Of a stretch of 64,000 nucleotides of DNA, positions 24,542-37,065 are shown piece after piece; position 1 is the first letter of the stretch; every line of letters starts with the position of its first letter. A program made the translations under genes and the position numbers. Source of the DNA: Parasitella parasitica NRRL 2501 (lineage: Eukaryota; Fungi; Mucoromycota). The notes under the pieces are model-generated. The model was not told where the DNA came from. It saw only the letters and a program-made list of their open reading frames with translations, and did not search any database. The DNA is taken from assembly GCA_025201805.1 (NCBI GenBank), contig MU619378.1:18555-82554 (forward strand), written 5' to 3'.

Positions 24542-26136
24542 ATGAAAAGAAAGAATTGGTGTTGTAATGTGTTGACTTGGCGAGCTTTTGCGTGTTTTAT
24601 TATAACGCTATTAATCGTAAAGTACATGGCTGTTTCCTAATAAGTATCAAAAATTAAAGTAATATTATGTAGGCAATGGCCCCAATAGTAATCGCAGTTG
24701 ATCTGACATTTCTTACCGGTTTGTATAATAAAGAGTTGCACAAGTCTTCAACTTGACGTCTAAATTATGCTAGATTTTATAAACAGTATGCGAATGGGAG
24801 ATTTTTATGTCTATTTGACATTTATTGGTATTGTCAGTGTCTGGAGTATTTATGGGCTTATTTGCGCATTGATGGTCTGTTGTATCAAATTTTTTATCTA
24901 CCAACGTAGTATATTGAATATGATTTTTGCAATAGGGTTCATTGGGAGGAGTAACCGTATACATGATAGGCCTTGTTGTTGGGGTTGTCGCGACCATTAT
25001 AGTTGGATTCATCCATATCATGTTGTTATTCATTAATTACAGACCATTACTGATGAATTCATGCCTTCAACGAGACCCCTCGAGGCTATTTTGGTGGTCT
25101 TTAGGGTTTGATGATACGACAGAAATGAAGGAAATCTATGCTAATTGTCAAAACCAATGGGTTACATTCACAGTTGAAAGGATTGTCTCTTATGTGCTCT
25201 ATAGTATTTTTTCAGTAAGTCATCCATCTGACAACTAATATCCAGATAGTTACAACCGACATTTCTATGTAGAGCATATGCGCTTTTGTTATTGTTCGTT
25301 ATCAGCGAGGATTAATTGTCCAAAACAAAAAGGCAAAGGGTCTAATCATCAGTAACCAAACAGATGGCTGGTCTGACGATGAAGACGACATCAATGAAAA
25401 GGAAAAGTTACGAGGTCAATCGATAACTTACCATGAGGTATCCTTTCCTTCATCTCCTAACGAAAGGTCCAAGACGACCAGCACTACCGCATCAGCTACT
25501 TTAGAAACTGCAGCAAAGATATCTGGCACTGAACCAGCTAGTGTATTATCCGCTGATATGTATCAGCAGAGGCAACGCTTATTTGACGAAATCGCCAAGC
25601 GCAAGAAAGCAAGAAAGAGTTTGAATCGTAAATCTATTGCCAGCAACCCTAACCGTGATTCGATTCTAGCTGTGCATCCGTTGGATCTATCTCAAGATCC
25701 AGACTCATATACGCCACCGCCCATGCCCCCAAAAGAAACAGGGAAAGAAGACACATCTTGGAACAGATATAATGAAGATGAAAATAAAATTCGAGAGGAT
25801 GAGGAAGCTATTGAACGCCAAAAACGGCTGGACGCACTTTCAGCAGAGCGTATGGAATATGAGCTGTATCGGTCTGATGAAGTTTCCTCTACTGCATCGA
25901 GCGTTATTGTCAGATCAAACGAGGATGATGAGGATGATGACCAATCAACGCTTGTCAAAAAATCTCATAGAAAACGACCCAAGTCTGGCAGATGGTCCCA
26001 AGTGTATGCAGGTAGTAATGACAGCAAACCTCTCGCTACCTTGAATCAATCAAACGAAGAAGACGAAGAAAATGAGGAGGATCATGAAAATCAACAGCTC
26101 ATGGATCCTGAAAGTCAAGAACTGTTGAATAAATAA
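24542..26136 (+). CDS. Hypothetical multi-pass membrane protein (~4 TM) with long charged C-terminal tail; multi-exon
   Basis: MKRKNWCCNVLTWRAF start; several hydrophobic exons; Cys pair in a loop (SCLQ...ANCQNQW); in-frame link to the 25558-26136 ORF. Confidence 0.6.
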
Positions 26137-26147
26137 AAGCCGTTGTA

Positions 26148-27128
26148 TTAATTAAAGTTGTTTTTCATTTCTCTAAGCGTATGCAAGACCTCAACCGGAT
26201 CAGATTTGCCTGCCATTATTTGCAAAGATGGATCATTCACCCTTAAGAAGGGATTATAAAGCTTCTCTTGGCCAATGGTAGATGGAACTGTGATTAATTT
26301 GTCTTGACACCAATTCCATTTTGCTATCAGCGTCTCGTTTTTAGGGTCGACAGTCAATGCAAACTGCAACGTATTATGAGATATATGCTAAATACAACAC
26401 ACGCATCTTATATCTACCTTTAAATTGATCTTTGTATACTCATGTCCGCAATAGACCCAGGTTTCATCAGGCAGTTTAGTTAATACATGGAATAGGATCC
26501 TATACATGTCACGAGCATCGCCCTCAAAAAACTTGCCAACACCTCCAATGAATAGAGTGCTGTATTGTGATGAATACTCCACCATAGGCACAAAAAGAAA
26601 AAAAGGGATACTTACTCGCCAGTAAACACGGCCTTCTCGCCCGTAGCTGGGTCAGCAACATAGTAACAAACATGCCCTTTTGTATGGCAAGGTGTGTGGA
26701 GCGGCGTAACCGTTAAAGACCCCAATTTGAATTCTTCATGGTCTTTGCAAACATAATTAATCTCTGGTATACGGGCATCTGCACCGTACACTGCTAATCC
26801 TGGCTTTTTGGCTAGACATAATAGGATTGTGTTACTCGATACCCGACACTTCATCCAACATTTAACTGTACCTATTAATTCAATATTTCCACCTGCATGA
26901 TCCCAATGATGATGAGTTGTAAAGACACTGCAGCAGTGTTATTTCATACCCCTTGCTCTACAAACCATTATCCGAATCTTACCTTGTTAGCTTTGAACCT
27001 GTTTGGCTGATGACATTCAAGATTTTGATTGGCTCAACAGGGTCAATGACAGCAGCCTCTTTTGTTTTATCATCGATAAGAATATAAGAATAGTTGTCTT
27101 CGAGCACGCTAATAGGGATGATCTTCAT
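26148..27128 (-). CDS. GLO2: Hydroxyacylglutathione hydrolase (glyoxalase II); multi-exon
   Basis: [37 protein letters not shown]|[29 protein letters not shown]. Confidence 0.93.
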
Positions 27129-27455
27129 GTCTTTCGAAAAAAAAAAAAAAAGAGAAAAAAAGAAGAAGCGAATGAAACAGAACGAAAAGGAAAAGAAATG
27201 CAATTAAAGGGGGTTCCAAAGTGGAGATTATTAACGACAAGATTTCCATGCACTTTTCTCAACAGAAGCTTCTCGTTTTCCTGCTAGAACACAAATAGGA
27301 AAAAGTCCGAATAGAAGCAAATGTCTCAATATACGTAAAATTTTATTAAATATGGTTCAGGTTGCATTTGCGTATCTGCATGTTTATAATCGCTGCTTTG
27401 TGTGCATTCAACAGATCCACAATTTCTATCCAACGTTCTCTGATTTGGTGGTAAT

Positions 27456-28117
27456 TTATTCCTCGTCTTGTCCAACACGGGCCTATGTTTACACATGTTC
27501 AGCCATTGATATACACAATTGCCACACTGGTCTACTCAATACTTACGCCACGGGGACGAATATCACCTTCACGCGCACCGAATTCCTCGGTTAATCCATT
27601 GTAGGGATAGGTACGAGGGACCTGTACATTGACCATTAACAAATTTGGAATTTTCGTCCTCTCAAGTTACTTACAGCGACTTTATCAGGGTAAAACTTGT
27701 AGACGGTTGCTGCAAATCCAGTGAAAATAGTAGCGAAGAGAGCAAATTGAGCAGCAGCCTTGTAAGGACTGTAAGTGTGAAGATCAGGTGCCCAAACACC
27801 CATAATTTCATCTTCTTCATGGACCTATTGATGTTTGGTTACAAATGTCTATTTTTTTTTTTTGGCAACAGGAGTATTTTGCTTACAGCTTCGCCAAAGT
27901 TACGCTTGTCTTGAGGATCATCCCAACCAAAAGGACCTCTGGTTTGTGCACTGATACGAGGCAAGTTGGGGTAATCACCAATTTGGGGATCGGATACAAC
28001 TTCGCCGGTGCTCAAGGTGGATTGAGGGCGAACTGCAGTGATAGCAATAGGCTGGCGAGTTGTGTTCATAATAAGACGCATGTTCAATGCGTGGTGTGTA
28101 GCTGCACGGAAAGCCAT
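27456..28117 (-). CDS. NDUFB8: Mitochondrial complex I subunit NDUFB8 (ASHI); 4 exons
   Basis: Mitochondrial presequence-like N-terminus, DPQIGDYPNLP....Q.R.P.GWDDPQDKRNFGE, one TM segment, VPRTYPYNGL..EFG. Confidence 0.88.
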
Positions 28118-28807
28118 TGTTGTTTCGAATAAAAGAGTGGGGTGTGTGTCTTGTGTGTTTGATAATTCGAATTCAAGAAAACAACCAAGGTTTTTTTTTT
28201 ATAAATTTCGTACTAGAGGACTATTGGGTTGCCCACACATCTCCTCTTCTTCTACCCTCGCACCTTTGCAGTTGATGACATCAGTTGCTCGTTTCAGCAC
28301 CAACGACTCCAATAGGAAATAAGTGTCCCTATTCATAGAGTTTCCTTGTTACAGTGAACCAGTGGGGATCACTTTATAAGAAGAATAGAATTTATAAAAA
28401 TGAAAAAAAAGGCCGTAACTGCCTATAGTTTCTATGGAAAAATTGATATTTCTCAAGAAGCAAACAGTGTCGTATTTAAATAACCACACATTTGGACTAT
28501 CACAATCCATTTTGCCTTAGCTTTTGATACCTAGTTACCATTTTAGGTAACAGCTGTACAAAAACATAAGCTTGTTAGTTGCACATCGATATTCCCACTT
28601 GCAATTTTCGCTGTTGTTGATAATTGACACTATCTCGATGCAGAAAATTAGGTAGACTTAAGAAAATAGCAGACCATTGATCATCAACATATACCAAGGG
28701 CTTGCGAATCAATCATATAAAGCGAATGTCGAATAAACAGGAATATGACAATAAAACTGTACAGGTCGATTTATATTTTGGTTAAATAATAGAAACCTAA
28801 TTTAAGA

Positions 28808-29605
28808 TTAGGCCTTCAAAACTCTCTTCACTAAAGCTTCAATCCCTTGGTTATTCTTGATAGCATCCTCTAAACTCTTGAGAGCATATTTGGCCAGCAT
28901 ATCAACTTCAACGTTTACACGATCACCAATCTTCTTTGTAGTCATGATAACATGAGATTGGGTATGAGCAATCATCATTATTGAGAATGTGCGCTCATCG
29001 TCATTTACATCACACACAGTTAACGAAGTTCCATCCAAGCAAATAAACCCCTTTGGGATAACATATCTCATCTTGTCCTGATCAACTTGTTCCATTTGGA
29101 AAGTATACCAAACAGAGTTTCCCTCTGGTTTGATGTCTACAATTTTGACAGTATTGTCAACATGTCCTTGTACCATATGGCCACCGAATCTTTTGTTGGA
29201 ATCCATCGCACGCTCCAAATTAACTTTATCTCCAACCTTCAAGTCGCCTTTACTTACGTTAGCCATTATGTATAAATCGTGAATGAAGACTTTACCTAAA
29301 TTGGTGCACCTTAAAGTCTCGGGTGCAACGCCAACCTTGAAAGAGTCAGCGTCAAACTCTGTAGCCGTCAAACAAGTACCTAAGTAAGTGAAAAATTAAT
29401 ACATACGATGGAACACTTTTTTTTTTTTTTTTTTGGATATTGCTTCCTTACCATTGATGGCAATACTATCACCAAGATGGCAGTCGCTTAAAATTTCAGC
29501 AGCATTGGATACAGTGATAGTCCAGCCATTTCCACCGGATTCAGTATTGTCCTGTTCCTGAATATTGGACACAGTACCCATAAGCTCAACAAGACCAGTA
29601 AACAT
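28808..29605 (-). CDS. RIB5: Riboflavin synthase; 2 exons
   Basis: MFTGLVE, GDSIAING|TCLT, VNLERA, GGHMVQGHVD, KGFICLDGTSLT, VNVEVDM. Confidence 0.96.
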
Positions 29606-29793
29606 TTTTATAACTATCGATTTTTTTAATGAAAAAAAAAAAAAAAAACAAAGAGATGCAAAAAGCTTATTTAAACGGATTTGTCATTGAAATACTCGTC
29701 ATATGACTGCGCAAACAAAGCGCCAATGCAAACACGAAATCATGGCAGTATGTACTATGGAAAGAGAAAGTCTATATGCTTAATCTAGCATGT

Positions 29794-31772
29794 CTAATCA
29801 GCAAAACAGACGTTTTTTTCTTTGATGGTAGGTATATTGGCTTCGATCTCTTGGATTTTCTCGCTATTATTATCGCTGACTGCCCTGGATGTTGTCCTTC
29901 TGATGGCACCTAACCGATCAGCGGCTACCTCCTCTTCTACTTCCATCATGGCTACTGTTGTTGCATTCTTTTTATCTTGAGGACGCACAATAAATTTACC
30001 AGGCTCACCAGTGAAAAAGTAGACGTAAGGGCAACAAGCGACTAAGAAAGCGCCCATGACAACACACATGTTAAAAAACCCAATTCTGCCGTACAAAAAA
30101 CCGCCTAGTAATGGACCTACGAGACCACCCAGAGCAAAAGCGATATTGAACAGAGCATAACTCATCCCTTGGCCTGAGTCGCCATCGTCAGGGTTAAGAT
30201 ATTGAACAACGTAGGCTAGTTCAGGCAAAACAGGCGTGATGAATGCAAATGATGTAAATCCTTGGATTGCAAAAACTACAATCAAAGGCACAATACCGCC
30301 AGCAGTCGATTTGCTAGGAATACCAATAAGAAACATAGTAATTGAGCAGACAACCAGTGTGGTAAAGCACACAACTTTAGGCCCATATTTGTCACTGATG
30401 ATTCCAGCCAAGGGCGTTGCAATAAATGTTGGAATAACTTGAGCCAAGAACACAAGGCCAATTTGACTAGAATTGTAACCCCATTCAGTCGACAATCGAA
30501 CAGTTAACGTAGGCTCAAATACATTGTATACACAACCATTAGCAAATGCTAGTAGCAAACTAGCAATTAGTCGATGCTGGCGCAGAAGCTGAAAAACAGT
30601 AACCGTATGTTTTTTCTTCTTTTTCATGCTGCTACTGTCATCATCTTCGGATGTAGGATTTACAAGTGTAGATGGCACGGTAGTAGGTGCGTTTACAAGG
30701 GGCTCTTTTTGGAACCATTCGGCAGGTCGATTTCTACGTTCCACCAGGAACACCCGCAAGATGAAATCAATTCCTGCTAAACAGATGCATAGAATAAAAG
30801 GAGCTTTGTAGCCTGCTGAGTGATAGAGTGCTGCGTGATGAAATGTGAGCGCTTTTTAGTTCGATTCTAGTTATGTATATAACCTACCACCTAATAGAAT
30901 AAACAAATGTGAGAACTATATGGAATAGCTTTATATTATAAAACGAAAAACATACCACCAATGGGACTACCACAAACAAGGCCAACTGAATGAAATAGTA
31001 AAACTCTACCCATCTATCACACACATGTCTAGTCAGTGTAACCATCGACACAACAGACAAACTATTTTACCTGTTTACCGAGCTCTTCTAATGGAAACGT
31101 ATCAGCAATTAGACACATACCAAGTGTCCAGACGCAGGCATCAGAGAAACCTTGTAAAAACCGAGCCAACAATAACTCCCAATAAGCATTAGCAAACAAG
31201 AATAGGAATGTAGCGCCTAGTAAACCTGCAATGCCAGCAACCATTGGCCATTGACGGTATTTCATTCGATCGGCTGTTTGCAGAAATTAAGCAACAAACA
31301 ATTAACTAACAATTACTTTCTGCACAACGCTATAACATTTTACCCAAATAGCCTAGAATGGGGGACCCAACTACAAGTCCAACGGCAAATAAGGCCAACA
31401 AAACACCTGTATCTTGAGATACTGATGCACCATCGGATACTTCTGAATTATAAGGATCAGGCCCAGAATCAGGGGATTTGCCATTTTGTAAAGCGTCAAT
31501 GACAAAAGGCACTGCAGTAAGAAATGCCAAAAAAACGCAATACAGATTAGTAATTGCGCTAGATTCAATTTCCATGTATATGTACATACTGATAGGCACA
31601 ATAATGCTATAAACCATCATCTACTTCGGACAAGTAATAAATTAATAATCTGCTTATACTTGCTTCTGAATGTAAAAACACATACATCAGTGAATAATGA
31701 TAGCGATACCGTCACTAATACATACAGATTGGAAGATCTGAAATGAACAAAAATAGGCTTCCTTTTAACCAT
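29794..31772 (-). CDS. MFS transporter, SLC18/VMAT-like (fungal DHA-type); multi-exon
   Basis: SLFTD|MMVYSIIVP, ARFLQGFS, GPLLGG, LAGIISDKYGPK, YALFNIAFALG; about 12 hydrophobic segments. Confidence 0.9.
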
Positions 31773-32441
31773 TGCGATTAGAAACAAGGTCAAGTAGGTC
31801 GAAACTGATGGAAATAGAGATAAAAAAAAAGCTTGCAAGGAATAGGTTGCTAGTCTTCCTGGGCAAGACCGTTTGTCAGATGTGACGGCCAGAGAAGTTA
31901 GTTGAACATCATGATGAGCGGATTTCAATGATTAAGAACTCCTTTAAGAGTCAAATTCTATCAACTTCTACATCATTATACATTAGATAAAAGTAGCGTG
32001 TTCTATCAACATAGATTGATAGTATCACCAAGTAAACAAAGCATAATTGATGTGTCCTAACAACGCATTTATTTTTAATATCCCGAAAAAGGAACTTCTG
32101 GTGGTTGCTACACTGTTGGCATGGAGACGAAATTCTCAGGTTGATCTAGTAAGCTACAAACCTGTCTAAATCAACTGCTTTTACACCTTTATTGGAAAAA
32201 AATTGATCATTTACTAACTGATCAATTGAACAAAATTACCAAATAAAATGATGGGTGAATATAAGGGAGAATCATTCTCCCCCCTCATTTGACTCGATCT
32301 GTCATGTTCGTTTAATCTTGGCAAAAATATTCTCTCGATTACTGCCAACTTTTATATAAATACATGTACTGAAAACCAGCATAAATATACAATATTTTTT
32401 CGCAAATACTTCGGGGCTTTACTCTGTACATCAATTACAAC

Positions 32442-33398
32442 ATGCTTGATTCACTTCCAACAGAGATTATTTGGAATATAATGCAGATCTTAGATCCATT
32501 TGATCTTTCGGCAACAAGATTAGTATGCAAAAAGCTGTGTGCTATTAGTGACCATCCTAGTCTATGGAGAAATATTCAACTTAGACCAGCAGCAACATCA
32601 ACACCATTGCACAATGCTGAAAACTTACCACTGTGGAGTTTGATGGACCTTGAACACGTTTTGCAACTTCATCTTAGGCATATACAAGCAATACACATTT
32701 GGGGTGTTCGTGACAACATTATTCAATACATTTTAACAAATTGCCACCACCTTCAAGAATTAACTATTTCGGGATGGTCTACACTTTCTGATCATGCTTT
32801 CAGAATAACAGCACCAACACCAGGATTTGACCACAGATCTCTAAATGCTCTAAATTTACGTCGTTTAAGGTTGATTGGGCAAAGAAAATCAAATTACACA
32901 TCCTTGGATGCTTTTGCTTTTGGAAAGCTGTTGAAACGGTGTCCCTACTTGGAAGAAATTACGGTTGTGAGCTGCCAAATTCACCTTCAAGCCGACTATT
33001 TACTCCAACTCGTTGATCAAGACCGCCGCGGTGAGCCAATGCTTGCTTCAATGCTGCAGGAGCAGCATATAGCTGAGCAATCTACTTTATCTTCACTCAA
33101 ATCTCTTGTTATCGCGACTAAAAAAACTTGGTCAAGTCATCATGTCACACGATTATTCCAGCTTTGTTCGAATCTTCGATTTCTTGGCCTTGTTCCTGAC
33201 TCAATTGAAATTGTCGACTATACAGGAGCGAATAAGAGGCAAAACAATGGCGAAATAACAGCATCAATGCCAGTCCTGGATTACTCGAGCAGTGTTACAA
33301 GCAATCAACCACATTTACTGACAAAGAATATTCTTGCTATTGAAGAACATGAAATGCTGGATTCGGACAACCTTATCGTTTTCAAATCTGGTATATGA
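32442..33398 (+). CDS. F-box / leucine-rich-repeat protein
   Basis: MLDSLPTEIIWNIMQILDPFDL..TRLVCKKL..I..HPSLWRNI (F-box); LRRs C.HLQELTIS and CPYLEEI; TATATAAA at 32353. Confidence 0.88.
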   Translation: MLDSLPTEIIWNIMQILDPFDLSATRLVCKKLCAISDHPSLWRNIQLRPAATSTPLHNAENLPLWSLMDLEHVLQLHLRHIQAIHIWGVRDNIIQYILTNCHHLQELTISGWSTLSDHAFRITAPTPGFDHRSLNALNLRRLRLIGQRKSNYTSLDAFAFGKLLKRCPYLEEITVVSCQIHLQADYLLQLVDQDRRGEPMLASMLQEQHIAEQSTLSSLKSLVIATKKTWSSHHVTRLFQLCSNLRFLGLVPDSIEIVDYTGANKRQNNGEITASMPVLDYSSSVTSNQPHLLTKNILAIEEHEMLDSDNLIVFKSGI

Positions 33399-35038
33399 TT
33401 TTTTTGCTTGATTGAGCACCCTATATAATTTACATAATAAACACAAGTTGCTATTGTACATAATTTCTCGTCATGGAAAAGATACAAACACAATTCTGTA
33501 GTACATCCTTCCATTTTAAATACAATAAAATAGCTGATCGGGTTTCTTAAATCAGGATTGGAACCAGCTACACTACCTTTAAATACGTTCTAACGCAATA
33601 AACTCAAAGAAAAAGTTGTCTTACTAATTAAAAGGAAGAATATCGCACCTCTGCTTGAAATTGGAATCTTGATAACTCAATCTCTAGACAAAAAAAAAAA
33701 AAGCCTATATACATAAAATTTATTTTAAGCCTCTAGTTTTTTATTATTAAGTTTTTTTTAAGCAAGAACATTGATTTTTCAGGGTTCATGCCTGAAACTT
33801 AGAGTTTCATTATACAACAATGAATATGCTTAGATCTATAGCAACAATCGCGTAAATTTATACACCAATCAAGTATATCGACGAATTCAATGATAAAATG
33901 GATTACAATTACTTGATCTCCAAACAATACATTTAATAAGCCAAGCTTGGTAATTATACGTTTGTTCTATTAATGGAGACTTGTAATTTTGGATTGATCG
34001 TGTGGACAAGAGTGGAATTTGGAACAAACATATGATGATGCACATGCATTATAAAGTACAAACATTCGGTTCTCACATATAAAACGAAGAAAAAAAAGTG
34101 GCTTTTAGCAATTCACATAGCACTACAACATGTACATGCACAATGTAAAGAATCATTTCAAGTATCATATGATACGACGAGGGTATAGAATTGCATTGCT
34201 GACGCTTTTTATGTGTATTGTGTGCTATGTACATGTGCATAATCCCGCGTGTTTCTCGTGTTGTCTATATTGTTTGTAAGTTTTGTAATATTGGTCGATC
34301 AAAAAAGGTTTCACATGTTATATAAACATTTGGTCAGGGGTTACAATTGCAACGGGCTATGATAGTCTATTTCTATAGCAAGCACTAATACAACTTGTGA
34401 AGGAAATCGTATGTGAAGAGAGGCTACACAAAATATACTTCCTTCGTTTATATAGGATACTATAGATTTCCGTGCTGCTGTAATATAATTCAATTGAGAA
34501 GAAATCCTTACATATTTGCTAAAAATAGTCATTTTCTGTAAAGCACAAGTCTTTGCAAGTATCTCATGTTAATATTGATGAAGAAAAGATACAATAAAAC
34601 TTTTAGCGCTTTGTTTTCATAATTTTATATAGAGTAAACCTCAATGAATAATGAAATTTGCTTCTCGTTTGAATAGTATAGTCTGGATGATGAAACACTG
34701 AGCATGATATATATTTTTAGTTCAATGGATATATGCACCTCAGATTGGTAAGACGTAGAAGGACACATATTTGTTTTAAATAATAACGAAAGCAGCATCA
34801 AGGGGGATCATATCGAAGGAAAGAGTAAATGCAGAACTTAACGTTCAAGCAAATGACGTAGATATCATTTGGGATACCATGTGTATTTAAGGACCCAAAT
34901 TTCTTTCAAACAAGTTCTCTTCTCTCTTTTCTCTTTCATTTCTTCAGAAGAGCTTCTCAGAAATTGTATTATATTACGTTGCAGACATAGCACAAGTATA
35001 CTTGCTTAAAGCTTGCGCAAACGACGTATACATCGATT

Positions 35039-36342
35039 ATGTCTTTAGTAGATTCGCTAATGATGCCCATTATGAACACTAATAATAATAGCACCACCGG
35101 TGCCAACAGTAGATTCCATGACTTCAATTACCACCATCATCAACATCAATTTCTGCTATCACCCAGCACAAGCAATTCAATCATAAAAAATGGCATCTCA
35201 ACTTTTACTAATAACAGCAACATAAACACGCTATCAAACAGTTCTCCTGGTGAAGAAATCTCGACCATATTTGTAGTCGGATTCCCAGAAAACATGCAAG
35301 AGCGTGAATTCCAAAATATGTTCATCTTCTCCCCTGGATTTGAAGCTGCCACATTAAAATTGCCACCATCAAATCAAAGCGAATTTGATGAGGATTCCAA
35401 CCGCAAACAAATCGTGAGTTTTCACAATATGCCAAAAGCCCAAAATCACTTGATTTACATATGTTCGTAGATTGGGTTTGCCAAGTTTCGCACTCGCCAA
35501 GAAGCACTGGACGCCAAAGAAGTTCTAAATGGTAAAAAAATAGACAGCGATAAGATTCTGAAAGCAGAAATGGCTAAAAAGAACCTGCACACCAAAAGAG
35601 GACTATTGAATGAGCCAAGCGCCAGTACTACAAAATCACTTTACGAAGCATTCTATTCAGTTCCTATTAATGAATTTTCGCCATCAACATCACCAACATC
35701 ACCTACACATAGTTATATCGCATCATCAATTCAACAACAGCAACAGCAGCAACAACAACAGCCTTCATATCACATTCATCAGCAGCACCCACAGCAACAG
35801 CATAGTTTATTCGGCATTATGGGAAATCAATTCACCACCAATAAAAGCACTTCCATTTATCCTACACATTCATCTTCTTCATTACTATCATCCATCAATT
35901 CACCAATTCCGAAAGAAGATGTCTTGGCATCTCATTTATTACAAAAGCTAGTTCTATCTACATCATCGCCTATGCCGACCAGCTCAGTCTCGACTAATAA
36001 CGTAGATCAAAACCCTCCTTGCAATACTCTGTACGTAGGCAATCTGCCGGCTAACACGAATGAAGACGAGCTTCGACAATTATTCATGCATTGCTTGGGA
36101 TATAAACGCTGCTCATTCCGCGTCAAGTCAAATGGTCCCATGTGCTTTGTCGAGTTTGATGATTTAAAATTCGCGGCTTTGGCTTTGAAAGAAATGCAAG
36201 GGATCCCGCTCAGTAATTCTGTGAAAGGTGGCATCCGTCTTTCTTATAGCAAAAATCCACTGGTAAGTTCAACAGAACCTATCACATGAAAATACGTCGT
36301 TCTAACGTAATATCATAGGGGGTGCGTCAAAATTTTGTATGA
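35039..36342 (+). CDS. Whi3/Scw1-like RNA-binding protein with two RRMs and a poly-Q linker; 3 exons
   Basis: [35 protein letters not shown]; [15 protein letters not shown]...GPMCFVEF...[15 protein letters not shown]|GVR. Confidence 0.9.
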
Positions 36343-36819
36343 TATAGCGTAAGAAATCGCATCTTTGCAGTGACACCAAGCTTTATTACTAAGAACGATA
36401 TGCATATGAATAAACTTGCAAAGGCTTATTCCATGCTTTTTTTTTTCCTTTTTTTTTCTGAGACTACAATAACTATCATAAGCAAGGCAAGTGCGCATTT
36501 GGTTTTAACATCAACAAGCAGACAAATGATATGAACAAGTTGGGTATCTAGTGGATAGATAATACGATTAAGCTTCAGTAAAGGGAGTCCGCTTTTAACT
36601 CTCGATGTAAAGAGCTGAATTCTGTATTAGTTTGCAATAGCCGCTGGTTCATTTGGCTTCTGTAAAGAAATAGGATATTCTGCAGAATTACTGTGCAGTT
36701 AAAAACATACTTTTTAATTCACACGTCGCCCAGTTGAAACCAAATACCTATTGGGTAGCTCTGATTGTGCTTTTATCAGCCGAACGTAAGGTAATCTATA
36801 CTTTGGTCTTTATCAATAC

Positions 36820-37065
36820 CCAGTAGTATTTATTACATGCAATTTTTATCTGAAAATTATTGTTTTCCGTTGACACTATTATATATGTCATCGATAGAAA
36901 TATTTTTATCAGATATAGCGATTCTTACAGTTCATTTAACAAAAATTATGGCCAAATATATGTTGATTATGACACTAGAAAATGTTTTTGCCATGAATTT
37001 CGACAGGAACGTCCCCCAATGAAAATCAAGTAATGCTCCGATAGCCCTGATCATGCCTGTATTAA
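36820..37065 (-). repeat. Dispersed repeat copy 2 (inverted)
   Basis: Reverse complement reads caggcatgatcagggctatcggagcattacttgatt...aattgcatgtaataaatact, matching positions 6-40 and ~273-295. Confidence 0.78.

Noticed and set aside
25438-25466. U12-type donor GTATCCTTT followed by a TCCTAAC branch-like motif and AG
   Set aside because: The implied intron is only 29 nt, would shift the frame, and lies inside an open reading frame; probably chance
26148-33398. GLO2-NDUFB8-RIB5-MFS-F-box as a metabolic gene cluster
   Set aside because: Unrelated housekeeping functions with no backbone enzyme or shared motif
33541-33580. T-loop-like ggttccaatcc on the minus strand
   Set aside because: No cloverleaf or A-box can be built; not a tRNA
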